Source: an uncultured Desulfatibacillum sp. (GTDB lineage: Bacteria; Desulfobacterota; Desulfobacteria; Desulfobacterales; SpSt-501). From it: a stretch of 64,000 nt of DNA. A program made the translations under genes and the position numbers. Where the stretch lies: positions 12,340 to 76,339 of the forward strand of contig CAZQUP010000005.1 of NCBI GenBank assembly GCA_964596545.1, in the 5' to 3' direction. Within the stretch, counting starts at the first letter, position 1; every line of letters begins with the position of its first letter. Below are positions 1-9,226 of this stretch, piece after piece. The notes under the pieces are model-generated. The model did not search any database. It saw only the letters and a list, made by a program, of their open reading frames with translations, and was not told the DNA's origin.

Positions 1-921
1 CCGGGAATCGAGTTCCGCGCGACGGGAGGCCTCTGCCTCATCGAAAACGACTCCGAGCTCGAGGCCATGCGACGCTGGACCGCCGAACAGCGGGCGGGCG
101 GGCTTTCCGTCGAATTGATCGACGGCACGGACCTCCGCAGCCTCGAGCCCCTGCTCTCGGAGCGGGTGATCGCCGCCTCCTTCTCGCCGCTCGACGCCCA
201 GGTGAATCCTTACGCCCTCACCTTCGCCCTGATCGCCGCGGCCCGCGCGGCAGGCGCCCGGCTCCTCGCCGGGGAGCCGGTCACGGGGATCGAGGTCGGC
301 TCGGGCCGCGTCCAGGCGGTCCGCACCCTGCAGCGGCGGATCGCCACCCCGCTCGTCGTCAACGCGGCCGGCGCCCACGCCCCGGAAATCGGCCGCCCGG
401 CGGGGATTGCGGTTCCCATCCGGCCGCGCCGCGGCCAGCTTCTGGTCACGGCCGCCCGGCCGCCCATGCTGCGCCACGGGATCATCTCGGCGCGCTACAT
501 CGCCGCCAAGTTCAACCCGGAGCTCGCCGTCGGCGGAGAGATGGGTTTTTCGATCGAGCAGGCCGAAAGCGGAAACCTCCTCATCGGCTCGACCCGCGAG
601 TTTGCAGGCTTCGACCGCCGCACGACGTTCGCGGGCATCCGCGCCGTCGCCCGGCGCATCCTGCCCGTCGTTCCCGCCCTCGCCGCCGTCCCCGTGATCC
701 GCACCTTCGCGGGCCTCCGGCCCTACACGCCCGACGGACTTCCCATCCTCGGGCCGGTCGCGAGCGTGGAGGGCTTCGTCATGGCCGCGGGGCACGAGGG
801 CGACGGCATCGCCCTCTCGGCGGTCACGGGCGAGCTTTTGGCCGCACACATCGCCGGCGAACGCCCGGCTTTCCCGCTCGATCCTTTCCGTCTCGAGCGC
901 TTTTCCCGGGAGGCGGCATGA
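1..921 (+). CDS. FAD-dependent oxidoreductase (DAO family; HcnC / opine oxidase subunit B-like), 5' end cut by window edge
   Basis: Frame 1 is open from base 1. C-terminal DAO-family motifs are present (RPYTPDGLPILG, GHEGDGI). The stop overlaps the next start (ATGA at 918-921). Confidence 0.75.
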   Translation, partial: PGIEFRATGGLCLIENDSELEAMRRWTAEQRAGGLSVELIDGTDLRSLEPLLSERVIAASFSPLDAQVNPYALTFALIAAARAAGARLLAGEPVTGIEVGSGRVQAVRTLQRRIATPLVVNAAGAHAPEIGRPAGIAVPIRPRRGQLLVTAARPPMLRHGIISARYIAAKFNPELAVGGEMGFSIEQAESGNLLIGSTREFAGFDRRTTFAGIRAVARRILPVVPALAAVPVIRTFAGLRPYTPDGLPILGPVASVEGFVMAAGHEGDGIALSAVTGELLAAHIAGERPAFPLDPFRLERFSREAA

Positions 922-1202
922 AGGGAAAACGCCTGCCCACCTCCCGTCGGGGAAGGCCGGTCGGGATCCGCGTCAACGGGAGGCTGCTGACCGCTTTCGA
1001 AGGGGAAACGGTGTTCGCCGTACTCTGTCTCGAAGGGATTTTCGCCCTGCGCCGGCCGGCCGCGGGGCATCCGGTGCGGGGCGCCCTGTGCGGAATGGGG
1101 GTCTGCCAGGAGTGCCGCGTCAGGATCGACGGCCTCCCCGACCGACGCGCCTGCATGACGCTCGTGCGCGAGGGCATGGAGATCGAAACCGGTGGCCGCT
1201 GA
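918..1202 (+). CDS. (2Fe-2S)-binding protein (HcnA / opine oxidase small subunit-like)
   Basis: 94 aa with a CGMGVCQEC...C cysteine pattern. Translationally coupled to the flanking flavoprotein genes. Confidence 0.75.
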   Translation: MKGKRLPTSRRGRPVGIRVNGRLLTAFEGETVFAVLCLEGIFALRRPAAGHPVRGALCGMGVCQECRVRIDGLPDRRACMTLVREGMEIETGGR

Positions 1203-2589
1203 ACGCTGGGAGGTGGCGATTGTGGGCGGCGGCCCGGCCGGGGCCGCCTGCGCGGCCACGCTTGCGCAGGCGGGGATCCGTGCGCTTCTGATCGAAGAAC
1301 ACGAGCGTCTGGGCGGCCCCACGCTCCGCGGGGAAGCCGCGGCCGCTTCCCCGTTTTCTTCGGCCTACCGGCGGGCGAGCCGGATCCTCCGCTCGTTGGG
1401 CGCAAGCGCCGTCTCCATTCTCGGCCGCCGGGCGGTCATCGGCGTCGAGCCGGGTTTCCGGCTGCTCACGGCCGCCGAGGAGGGCGGACTGCAGGAAATC
1501 GCCTGCCGCCGGCTGCTTATCGCCACCGGCGCCCGCGAGCGCTTTTTTCCCTTTCCCGGCTGGATCCTGCCGGGGGTGATCGCCACCGGCGCCGTCCAGA
1601 TCCTGATCAAGCAGGGCGTTCTTCCCGCCTCCGAATTCGTGGTCGGGGGGGCGGGGCCCTTTCTCGTCGCCGCGGCCGGCGACATCGTCCGCCGCGGCGG
1701 CCGGGTGCGCGCGCTCGTGGACGAAGGCCGCCTCGCCGATCGCCTTCCCCCGCCGCGGTTGCTTTTCACCCAGGGAGCGAAAATGATCGACGGGTTTGCG
1801 CGCGCGCTGCGGCTTCTCCTTGCGGGAGGACGGATCGCCCTCCGCACGCGCCTGGTCGAAGCGAGGGGCCCGGAGCGCCTGCAGGAGGTGGTCACGGCCC
1901 GTGTGGACGAAAGCGGACGCGTTCTCGGCGGAAGCGAGCGCATCGTTCCCGCCGCCATGCTCGCCATCGGCTTCGGCTTCGCCGCGAACATCGAACCGGC
2001 CCAGCTCGCGGGCTGCCCGCTCCGCTTCGAGGAGGACCTCGGCGGGTGGCTCGTTCAAACCGATGATTTCCTCAAGACCGACGTGGAAGGCATCTACGCC
2101 GCCGGGGAGGTGACCGGAATCGGCGGAGCGGAAAAGTCGCTCCTCGAAGGGCGGCTTGCCGCTCTGGCGATCCTCGAGGAGATGGGACGCCTGCCCGCCG
2201 CGGGGCGGAGCGAAATGCGCCGGCTGCAGCGCAGGCGAAAGCGGCTGCTGGCGTTCGCCCGCTGGTTCAACCGCCAAACGCGCTTTTCCGAGACTTACCG
2301 GGCGAACTGGATCGACGCCCTGCCCGAGGACCTCACGATCTGCCGCTGTGAGGAAGTGCGCCTGGGGGAGATCCGCCGCGCGCTCGCCTCCGGCTGCCGG
2401 ACACCGGCCGGCATCAAGAAGGCCACGCGTTGCGGCATGGGCCTCTGCCAGGGGAGCACCTGCAAGGGGATCCTGCAGGAGATCGTCGCCGCGCTCGGGG
2501 GACTGCCGCCCGGCGGATTCCCGCCGCCCTCGGTGCGCACGCCCCTGCGGCCCGTCGATCTCGGCCTGCTCGGCGGGGAAAGCAGCTAG
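1192..2589 (+). CDS. NAD(P)/FAD-dependent oxidoreductase with BFD-like [2Fe-2S] domain (HcnB / opine oxidase subunit A-like)
   Basis: GTG start. VAIVGGGPAGAA dinucleotide fold, a second GGAGP fold, and a CRCEEV...CGMGLCQGSTC BFD-like motif. Confidence 0.75.
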   Translation: MAAERWEVAIVGGGPAGAACAATLAQAGIRALLIEEHERLGGPTLRGEAAAASPFSSAYRRASRILRSLGASAVSILGRRAVIGVEPGFRLLTAAEEGGLQEIACRRLLIATGARERFFPFPGWILPGVIATGAVQILIKQGVLPASEFVVGGAGPFLVAAAGDIVRRGGRVRALVDEGRLADRLPPPRLLFTQGAKMIDGFARALRLLLAGGRIALRTRLVEARGPERLQEVVTARVDESGRVLGGSERIVPAAMLAIGFGFAANIEPAQLAGCPLRFEEDLGGWLVQTDDFLKTDVEGIYAAGEVTGIGGAEKSLLEGRLAALAILEEMGRLPAAGRSEMRRLQRRRKRLLAFARWFNRQTRFSETYRANWIDALPEDLTICRCEEVRLGEIRRALASGCRTPAGIKKATRCGMGLCQGSTCKGILQEIVAALGGLPPGGFPPPSVRTPLRPVDLGLLGGESS

Positions 2590-2591
2590 CC

Positions 2592-3464
2592 GTGGAGTTT
2601 TCCGCCCCCCACCCCCCCCGCCGCGACCGACCGGTCGCCGGCGGCCTCTGGGTGCTCGCCTCCGCGCTGCTTTTCGCCGGGGTCGGGGCCCTGGTCAAGA
2701 CGGCCTCGGCCGAGCTGCCCTCCGAAGTCGTGGTCTTTTTCCGCAACGCCGTGGCCCTGGCCTTTCTGCTGCCCTGGTTGACGCTGCGCGAGCGGGGCTT
2801 GAGCCTCAAGACCTCCTGCCTGCACCTGCATCTTTTGCGCTCCGCCGCCGGGTTGTCGGCGATGTACTGCTTTTTCTGGACGCTCAAAACCATGCGTCTC
2901 GCCGACGCCACACTTCTCTGCTACACCCAGCCCATCTTCATCCCCCTCATCGAGCGGCTCTGGCTCAAGGAGCCCGTGCCGCGCGACACGCTCGCCGCCG
3001 TGCTCTTGGGTTTCGTCGGCATCGCCTTCGTCTTGAAGCCGGGATCGGGGCTCTTCCAGGCGGCGGGGCTGGTCGGTCTGGCGGGCGGGGCTCTCGTCGC
3101 CCTCGCCATGGTGGGCATCCGCCGCATGACGGCGACCGAACCCGTCCCCCGCGTGGTCTTCTACTTCACGACCTTCGGCACGCTCGTCTCCGCCGTACCG
3201 CTGGCCTGGGCCTGGCGGACGCCCGGGGGGACTGCGCTTGCGGCTCTCGCAGCGATAGGGGGGCTGGCGATCGTCGCCCAGATGTGCCTCACCCGGGGCT
3301 ACAGCCTCGCCCCGGCCGGTCAGGTCGGCCCCTTCAACTACGCGAACGTGGTCTTCGCCGCGATTCTGGGCTGGCTTTTCTGGGGGGAGAAACTCGATCT
3401 GCTGACCGCCGTCGGCGCAGGGATCACCTGCGCCGCCGGGATCATCGCCTTGCGACGCCGATAG
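2592..3464 (+). CDS. EamA/DMT family transporter
   Basis: Polytopic membrane protein with two EamA-like halves. The ORF-track start at 2430 overlaps the previous gene, so I placed the start at an in-frame GTG just after its stop. Start is uncertain. Confidence 0.65.
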   Translation: MEFSAPHPPRRDRPVAGGLWVLASALLFAGVGALVKTASAELPSEVVVFFRNAVALAFLLPWLTLRERGLSLKTSCLHLHLLRSAAGLSAMYCFFWTLKTMRLADATLLCYTQPIFIPLIERLWLKEPVPRDTLAAVLLGFVGIAFVLKPGSGLFQAAGLVGLAGGALVALAMVGIRRMTATEPVPRVVFYFTTFGTLVSAVPLAWAWRTPGGTALAALAAIGGLAIVAQMCLTRGYSLAPAGQVGPFNYANVVFAAILGWLFWGEKLDLLTAVGAGITCAAGIIALRRR

Positions 3465-3709
3465 CCCCGTCAGATCCCCGGCGGCAGCCAATCCGCGCCG
3501 CCTCCGGCAGGGCCTCGCCTGCTTGCCCGCATTCCATCCGGCCATTCCGCGGGGGACAACCGCAAAAGACCCGTTCGCAGATCCGAAGCGGGAGGTGACG
3601 CCAAGCCCGCCGATCTTCCGGGAGTCATCGGCCCGGGAGGGCAGAGCGGCTTTCGCGAGCGGAGGACTCCATCCCCGGACGGCGGGCATAGCGCCGAGCG
3701 CGGCGCGCG

Positions 3710-4321
3710 TCAACGACCGCCTCCGGGCCGGCGGCGTTTGGGTTTGACGGGAGGGGTTGCAGGGGCGTCGAAGGCGTTCCGGTCGGTCCACCGGAAGACC
3801 CGCTCGGAGAAGCCCGTGAGGCGATCGTGGCATTGCTGCAGAAGGCTTTCGGCCTCGGCCAGCTTCGAAGCCCCGAAAAAATCGCGCTGCCGCACCTTGG
3901 AGAACCAGTTTTCGAGTTTCGCCAAATCGACCTCGTTTTCCTCGAGCTCGGCGAAGGAAAAATGCTTCTTCCGCGTCTCCTGTTCGATCTCGACCAGGAA
4001 TTCCCGGCAACGCTGGATGATCTCTTCGTATTCGTCGTCCCGTTCCCCGTTGAAGAGCGCCTCGAGGGCCTCCGCTCGGCCGAGCGTCACCGAGAGAAAG
4101 AGGTGGGCCTGACCGCCGTCCTCCCGCGCGATCTCGTGCTCGAGCTTGCGCAACTCGCGCTCGTGGCGCGGGGTCGCCGGCAGGATGCAAACGGAGTGCT
4201 GCAGAAACAGGCCTCCCAGGTTGCGGATCTTCCTCCAGATCTGCACCCGGTGGGTCGAGGGCTCACTGGGGACGCGGTAGATCAGGAGCAGCCACTCCCG
4301 GGAGGTTGCGGCTTTTTTCAT
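3710..4321 (-). CDS. ChrB N-terminal-domain protein (chromate-resistance regulator-like), paralog 1
   Basis: WLLLIYRVPSEPSTHRVQIWRKIRNLG motif. About 40% identical by eye to the ORF at 8636-9226. ATG at 4321 is preceded by GGGAGG. Confidence 0.7.
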   Translation of the reverse strand: MKKAATSREWLLLIYRVPSEPSTHRVQIWRKIRNLGGLFLQHSVCILPATPRHERELRKLEHEIAREDGGQAHLFLSVTLGRAEALEALFNGERDDEYEEIIQRCREFLVEIEQETRKKHFSFAELEENEVDLAKLENWFSKVRQRDFFGASKLAEAESLLQQCHDRLTGFSERVFRWTDRNAFDAPATPPVKPKRRRPGGGR

Positions 4322-4399
4322 GGTGGCCTCCCCGTTCTTTTCCCACGGGAGACCTCCCGCGGTCAAGCGGGGCGCCTGGGCCCTTGCTTCTCGTTGCCG

Positions 4400-4428
4400 T
4401 TGACAAAGAAATTACGTTACTATAAATA
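4400..4428 (+). promoter_or_regulatory. Sigma-70-type promoter in the chrB-like / PiT-like divergent region
   Basis: TTGACA (4400-4405) and an AT-rich -10 (TATAAAT/TAAATA, 4421-4428). Contains CGTTAC at 4415-4420. AT-rich island in a GC-rich genome. Confidence 0.55.
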
Positions 4429-4479
4429 TGAAACATTTGTTGCATCTTTTTATAAACATCTAACCTTCTGGAGAACGCG

Positions 4480-5451
4480 ATGGACACCTTCTACCTCATC
4501 TGCATGATTGTCTCCGGCCTCTTTTTTGGATGGACCATCGGGAGCCATTACACGGGCGCCGTGATGGGCACGGCCTTCGGGGCCCAGCTGATCACGCCGC
4601 GGCGGGCGACGCTCTTGATCGCGGTCTGCGTCCTGCTGGGCGCAACCCTCGAGAGCCACAACGTCGTCAAGACCGTGGGAACCGGCGTCATCGCCGGCAA
4701 GGACATGAGCGTCTTCGGCGCCATGATCATGATGCTGACCGCCGCCCTGGTCACCGCCGCCAACACCTGGCTGAAACTTCCGGTCTCCACCTCCCAACTC
4801 GCCATTTTCTCGGTCGTGGGCGCGGCCATGGCGATGCAGGCCGAGGTGTTCTGGAGCACCACCCTCCTTGCGCTCGCCGTGACCTGGGTCGGAACCCCGA
4901 TCGTCGGGACCGTCTTCGGCTTCGCGATCACGCGGCTGATGGACCGCTTCATGCGCGGGGCCTCGGAACAACGCCGCGGGTTCGTCCGCTGGATCCTGAT
5001 CCTCGTCTGCTGCTACGCCGCCTACACGCTCGGCTGCAACAATACCGGAAACGCCGTGGGGGTCTTCTACGGGACCGGCGCGATTCCCAGCCGGATGCTC
5101 GCCGGCTTCATCGGCGGCATCGTGATGGCCATCGGCGCCCTGACCTGGGGTCGCCCGCTGCTGGAAAAGGTCGGGCTGCACATCGTGCGTCTCGATCTGA
5201 ACAGCGCCGTCGGGGCCCAACTCGCGCAGGGACTCACGGCCCACATCGCCGCCTCGATGGGGTACCCGACATCGATGAACCAGGCCATGATCGGCGGCAT
5301 CGCCGGTGCCGGCCTGGCCCGGGGGATCCAGGCGATCGACAGGAAGGCGCTCAAGGAGATCGTGATTTCCTGGTTCTTCACTCCCGTCGTCGGCGGAGTG
5401 GTATCTTATGCCTTGTATTTCCTGTTGTCCCGGCTTCTGGGGGTGCATTGA
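4480..5451 (+). CDS. PiT/PHO4-family anion permease with deviant signature motifs
   Basis: 323-aa polytopic protein with internal duplication. GSHYTGAVMG and GCNNTGNAVG sit where PiT proteins carry GANDVAN. GGAG RBS. Confidence 0.5.
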   Translation: MDTFYLICMIVSGLFFGWTIGSHYTGAVMGTAFGAQLITPRRATLLIAVCVLLGATLESHNVVKTVGTGVIAGKDMSVFGAMIMMLTAALVTAANTWLKLPVSTSQLAIFSVVGAAMAMQAEVFWSTTLLALAVTWVGTPIVGTVFGFAITRLMDRFMRGASEQRRGFVRWILILVCCYAAYTLGCNNTGNAVGVFYGTGAIPSRMLAGFIGGIVMAIGALTWGRPLLEKVGLHIVRLDLNSAVGAQLAQGLTAHIAASMGYPTSMNQAMIGGIAGAGLARGIQAIDRKALKEIVISWFFTPVVGGVVSYALYFLLSRLLGVH

Positions 5452-5546
5452 ACCACCGGCTTGCCGGCGCGAGAGTTCTCTGTTAGGGGGGGTTGAGATT
5501 CGGGGGGGCATGAACCCCGCTCCCCGCACCTCCGGAAAGCGGCACC

Positions 5547-6251
5547 ATGGACTTCGTCGGCCGCTCACGGGAGATCGTCGCCCTCCGGCGGCTTCTGCGC
5601 CAAGGAAACAACATCGTCCTTCGCGGGAGATATGGGGTCGGACGATCGCGCCTGACCCGGGAATTCGCCGCGCGGTTCTCCTCCACCTGGCAGTTTCTCT
5701 TCCTCGATTTTTCCCGGCCGGTCTCCCGTTCTTTAAACGAAGCCCTTCGCCGGGCAAGTCTCCCAAGGGGGAGAAGCGGCCGCAGGCGCTGCCGGCGCCT
5801 GATCGACGCCAAGGAAATCCTGTCGCCCGATCCCCACGTCGCCGTCCTCCTGCGGGTGCTCGTCCTGGAAGACATCGGAAAGCTCAGCCCTCGCAAGATC
5901 GCTTTTCTCGAGGATCTCCGCCAGGGCGGTTCCCTGCAGTTCATCGCCGTGGTCGAGAGCTCTCTTCCCGAGACGGATTTCTTCCGGCTGCGCGCCCTGC
6001 TCTATCCCTCGGCCGTCCTGACGCTGGGAAACCTTGGTCATGCCGCAACCGTCGCGTTTTTCCGCCTCGCCTCCCGCCGCTGCCGGCTCGGCTGGGACGA
6101 ACCCACCCTCCAAGGACTCGCCCGGGCGGCAAACGGGTACCCCTGGTGGATGGTCGAGCGGCTTCGGCGGGAAATCGAGAAGGCAAATGCCCCCGCACCC
6201 TGCCGCGCCGAGGAGGCCGAAGACGCGGCCGACCCTGCCGCTTCACCCTGA
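5547..6251 (+). CDS. AAA/ORC-like ATPase-domain protein with degenerate Walker A
   Basis: FVGRSREI..L opening, GRYGVGRS (Lys replaced by Arg), VLVLED Walker B-like motif. Codon usage looks coding. Confidence 0.4.
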   Translation: MDFVGRSREIVALRRLLRQGNNIVLRGRYGVGRSRLTREFAARFSSTWQFLFLDFSRPVSRSLNEALRRASLPRGRSGRRRCRRLIDAKEILSPDPHVAVLLRVLVLEDIGKLSPRKIAFLEDLRQGGSLQFIAVVESSLPETDFFRLRALLYPSAVLTLGNLGHAATVAFFRLASRRCRLGWDEPTLQGLARAANGYPWWMVERLRREIEKANAPAPCRAEEAEDAADPAASP

Positions 6252-6255
6252 AATG

Positions 6256-6636
6256 TCAACGATCCCGCAGGGCGGCCGAAGCCTTGCGCACAGCCAAGGC
6301 GGGATGTCCGTCGAGGAGCACTGCCGCCGCCTCTTTTTCGGGGCTGCGGCGAAGCTTCCGCAACGCGGCGACAATCTCCAGCGCCAGCACGATGTCCGAG
6401 GAGTGCTCGAGGGCGCAGCGCGCAAGCGGGAGCGCGGCCGCAGGGTCCCTGCGGTTTCCCAAGCTGATCACGGCCGCCATCTGCACTTCGCGGATGGGGT
6501 GGGAGAGCCCGTGAATGAGGCGCTCGCGGTAGGAATGACGCCTGGACCAGGCCGCCGGGTCACAGCCGCAGGCGGGGCAGCCGGCCTCCGCGGAAGGAAG
6601 CCTTGCGAAACAGGCCGGGCAGTAGAAGCGGATCAT
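6256..6636 (-). CDS. Zinc-ribbon plus HEAT-like repeat protein
   Basis: Starts MIRFYCPAC...CPACG, followed by HEAT/PBS-lyase-like repeats. Lies 35 nt downstream of the dynamin gene on the same strand. Confidence 0.5.
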   Translation of the reverse strand: MIRFYCPACFARLPSAEAGCPACGCDPAAWSRRHSYRERLIHGLSHPIREVQMAAVISLGNRRDPAAALPLARCALEHSSDIVLALEIVAALRKLRRSPEKEAAAVLLDGHPALAVRKASAALRDR

Positions 6637-6670
6637 CGGGGAAACCGCCGGCGTGGGGGGTGCCCCCCGA

Positions 6671-8428
6671 TCAGAGCGTTTCGGCCAGCTCCCGGTACTC
6701 GGCGAGGCGGTTGCGGATTCGTTCGATCGCCGAGAGCCGTTCGTTGAGATGGGAGAGGGTCGCCGAGACCTGGGTTTCGCTTTGCTCTTTGAGGGCGACC
6801 GCACGTCGGAGCGCCTCGCGGATGGTGGAAAGGGTCAGGTCGGCTTTCTCCTCGAGCGATCGCTGGAACCTGCGGGTGGTCTCCTCGATGCGGCGGAGGA
6901 GATCGTAGCGCACCCGGCCGCAGTGACGCTCGAAGATCTCCCGGGCCATCGCCTTGATCCGCCTGAGAATCAAGCCTCGGGTGACGATCAGGGGCATCGC
7001 CGAGCGGAAGCCCAAGCGGATCAGCCCGATCGCGTCGGGATCTTCCTTGAGGAGGAAGTAGAAATCGCTGCGGCCGGTCAGCTTCTCGACGGAGGTGAAG
7101 GGCTTGAGCTCCACCGCAAAGAGGCCGGCGGCGAGCTCCACGAAGGCCGTGATCCTCCGGTTGGTGCGCTCGGCGAGATCGAGATAGACCGCTTCCAGCG
7201 CCTCGGCCAGCCGGCGTGCCGTCCGGTCACGGAAGCCGGAAAAAATCTCCACGATTTCCCGGTAGAGGCCCTCCTCGAGCTTGGATTCGAGTTCCCGGCC
7301 TTCCCGGGTCGTCTGGACCTGTTCGCGGAAACGCGCTTCGAGGCCTGCCTGGAGGCGGGGGATCTCCGCCGCGGAGAGCTGCGCCAGGTCGGCATCCAGG
7401 CTCTCGTGCAGTTTGCGGATCCGACCGTTCAGGATGAAGCGGTGCTCGTCACGCTCCTCTTCGATCCGACGCACGGAGTCTTCGAACCGTGCGATTTTCG
7501 CGCGCAGCTCTTCGAGGCTCAGCTTGGCCGCCTGCTGCTCGAGCTTCCAGGCCATGCTCTCGTCGGACACGAAGCGCAACAGCGAAGCGGTCATGCTCTG
7601 CAGGAACGTCTTGCCTTTCTCGCGCTGGAGCCAGCCGCGCAGATGTTCCTCGAAGGCGGGCAGGCCGGAGCGCAGCCATTGATTCTCGTCCTTTCCAAGA
7701 CGGCCTTCGAGCGCCAACCTGGCCGATACCGGCCAGACCTTCACCGTCCGGCGCAGATCCTGCTCCAGGACGGAGGCGGTGAAGGCGATCGCCTCCGCCA
7801 GGTCTTTATCGCCGACGGCATCGGCCTTGTTGAGCACGAAAAAGAGCTGGTCCACATAGCCGCGCACTTCGCGGAGGAAGCGGTGCTCCGAGGCGCTGAG
7901 CGGCGGATCTGCGGTGACCACGAAAATTCCGGCATCGACGTGCGGGAGGTAGTTGTAAGCGACCTCGGTGTTGTGGTCGAAGACCGAGCCGACCCCGGGG
8001 GTGTCGATGATGCGCACGCCGTCGCGCAGGAGCGGGCTGGGGAAAAAGACCTCAACCTCCTTGACCTGCAGGCCGTTTTTCGGATTCGCCCGCTCGGTCA
8101 CGAAGCGGTGGATCTCGGCCAGGGGGACCTCCTCGCGGCGGCCGTCCAGGTAAAGGACGGCCGCCGCGGGAGTTTCGCCGTAGCCGATGCGGGTGACGAT
8201 CGAGGTGAGCGGCACGATCGCCGTGGGGAGGATCTCGGCGCCCAGCAGGGCATTGATCAGAGTGGATTTCCCGCGTTTGAACTGCCCCATGACCACGAGA
8301 TGAAAGTGCCGCCCCTCGAGCTTGGCGCGCAATTCCTCGAGTCGGCGGTGGCCGTCGCCGGAGCGGCAGGCCAGCTCCTCGAGGATTTCGCCCAAAGCGC
8401 CCTTGATCGTCCCGTAATCCGCGGCCAT
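6671..8428 (-). CDS. Dynamin-family GTPase (bacterial dynamin-like protein)
   Basis: P-loop GQFKRGKSTLINALLG, DTPG, NKAD, and a long helical stalk. ATG at 8428 has a GGGGGAGAAG RBS; the ORF-track start at 8488 has none. Confidence 0.8.
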   Translation of the reverse strand: MAADYGTIKGALGEILEELACRSGDGHRRLEELRAKLEGRHFHLVVMGQFKRGKSTLINALLGAEILPTAIVPLTSIVTRIGYGETPAAAVLYLDGRREEVPLAEIHRFVTERANPKNGLQVKEVEVFFPSPLLRDGVRIIDTPGVGSVFDHNTEVAYNYLPHVDAGIFVVTADPPLSASEHRFLREVRGYVDQLFFVLNKADAVGDKDLAEAIAFTASVLEQDLRRTVKVWPVSARLALEGRLGKDENQWLRSGLPAFEEHLRGWLQREKGKTFLQSMTASLLRFVSDESMAWKLEQQAAKLSLEELRAKIARFEDSVRRIEEERDEHRFILNGRIRKLHESLDADLAQLSAAEIPRLQAGLEARFREQVQTTREGRELESKLEEGLYREIVEIFSGFRDRTARRLAEALEAVYLDLAERTNRRITAFVELAAGLFAVELKPFTSVEKLTGRSDFYFLLKEDPDAIGLIRLGFRSAMPLIVTRGLILRRIKAMAREIFERHCGRVRYDLLRRIEETTRRFQRSLEEKADLTLSTIREALRRAVALKEQSETQVSATLSHLNERLSAIERIRNRLAEYRELAETL

Positions 8429-8600
8429 CTCTTCTCCCCCAAACAAAATGACCTCTACCGGAGAAGCCTTGCTCCCAGTAGAGGTCATCAGCCCTTGAAG
8501 GGGCGGTTGGGGCTGACCTCATAGCCCTGTTTTGTTCATTTCTACCTTTCGGTCATCTGCCTGTCAAGATCGCCCGCCCGGTTTTTTTCGATCATTTTTC

Positions 8601-8629
8601 TTGATTTGTAACAACCGTTACATTATCCT
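8601..8629 (+). promoter_or_regulatory. Sigma-70-type promoter with embedded dyad, directly upstream of chrB-like paralog 2 (probable leaderless mRNA)
   Basis: TTGATT (8601-8606), a 17-nt spacer containing TGTAAC-aacc-GTTACA (8607-8622), then TATCCT (8624-8629). ATG at 8636 with no SD. Confidence 0.5.
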
Positions 8630-8635
8630 TGTGTC

Positions 8636-9226
8636 ATGTCCGGTCTTTCCTGGCTGATGTTCACCTACAAGGTGCCTGCGGAACCGGCGCGGATGCGGGT
8701 CGGTCTGTGGCGGCGCCTCAAGTCCATGGGGGCGGTTTATTTGCAGAGCGGGGTCTGCCTTCTGCCCGACATCCATGATCATGCGCGAAAATTGAAACTG
8801 CTCGAGCGCCAGGTCGCCGAGATGGGCGGCGAGGCGGTGATCTTGAAAACGGCCGCCCTGGATCGGGCCCAGCAGGAAAAAGTGCTCACGCGCTTTCAAG
8901 CCGAGCGCGAGGAGCAGTACCGCGAATTCATCTCGCGGTGCGAGGACTTCGAGACCGAAATCGACCGGGAAACGAAAGCCCGTCACTTCAGCTACGCCGA
9001 AATCGAGGAGAACGAGGCGGATCTTAAGAAACTCAAGCGCTGGCTCGCCGGCATCCGCAAGCTGGACTTCTACGGAACCCGGCTCTCCGCCGAGGCCGAA
9101 AAACGGCTGCTGCGGTGTGAGGCGCTGCTGGACGCGTATGCCCAGCGGGTTTTCGAAATCGACGCCGGGGAAAGCGAACCCCGGGGCGCATCGTCATCCG
9201 GAAAGGCGGTGAAGGAGGGCTTATGA
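8636..9226 (+). CDS. ChrB N-terminal-domain protein, paralog 2
   Basis: WLMFTYKVPAEPARMRVGLWRRLKSMG motif. Homologous along its length to 3710-4321. No SD; the promoter sits immediately upstream. Confidence 0.7.
   Translation: MSGLSWLMFTYKVPAEPARMRVGLWRRLKSMGAVYLQSGVCLLPDIHDHARKLKLLERQVAEMGGEAVILKTAALDRAQQEKVLTRFQAEREEQYREFISRCEDFETEIDRETKARHFSYAEIEENEADLKKLKRWLAGIRKLDFYGTRLSAEAEKRLLRCEALLDAYAQRVFEIDAGESEPRGASSSGKAVKEGL

Noticed and set aside
2430-2591. N-terminal extensions given by the ORF track. Examples are 2430 for EamA, 10270 for CPA2, 16677-17648 for arsN2, 42774-44498 for CDF, 24486-25928 for cfa and 36694-38649 for the PAS activator.
   Set aside because: The extended parts overlap upstream genes or are low-complexity Arg/Pro-rich. 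Internal starts with Shine-Dalgarno sequences coincide with where family similarity begins.
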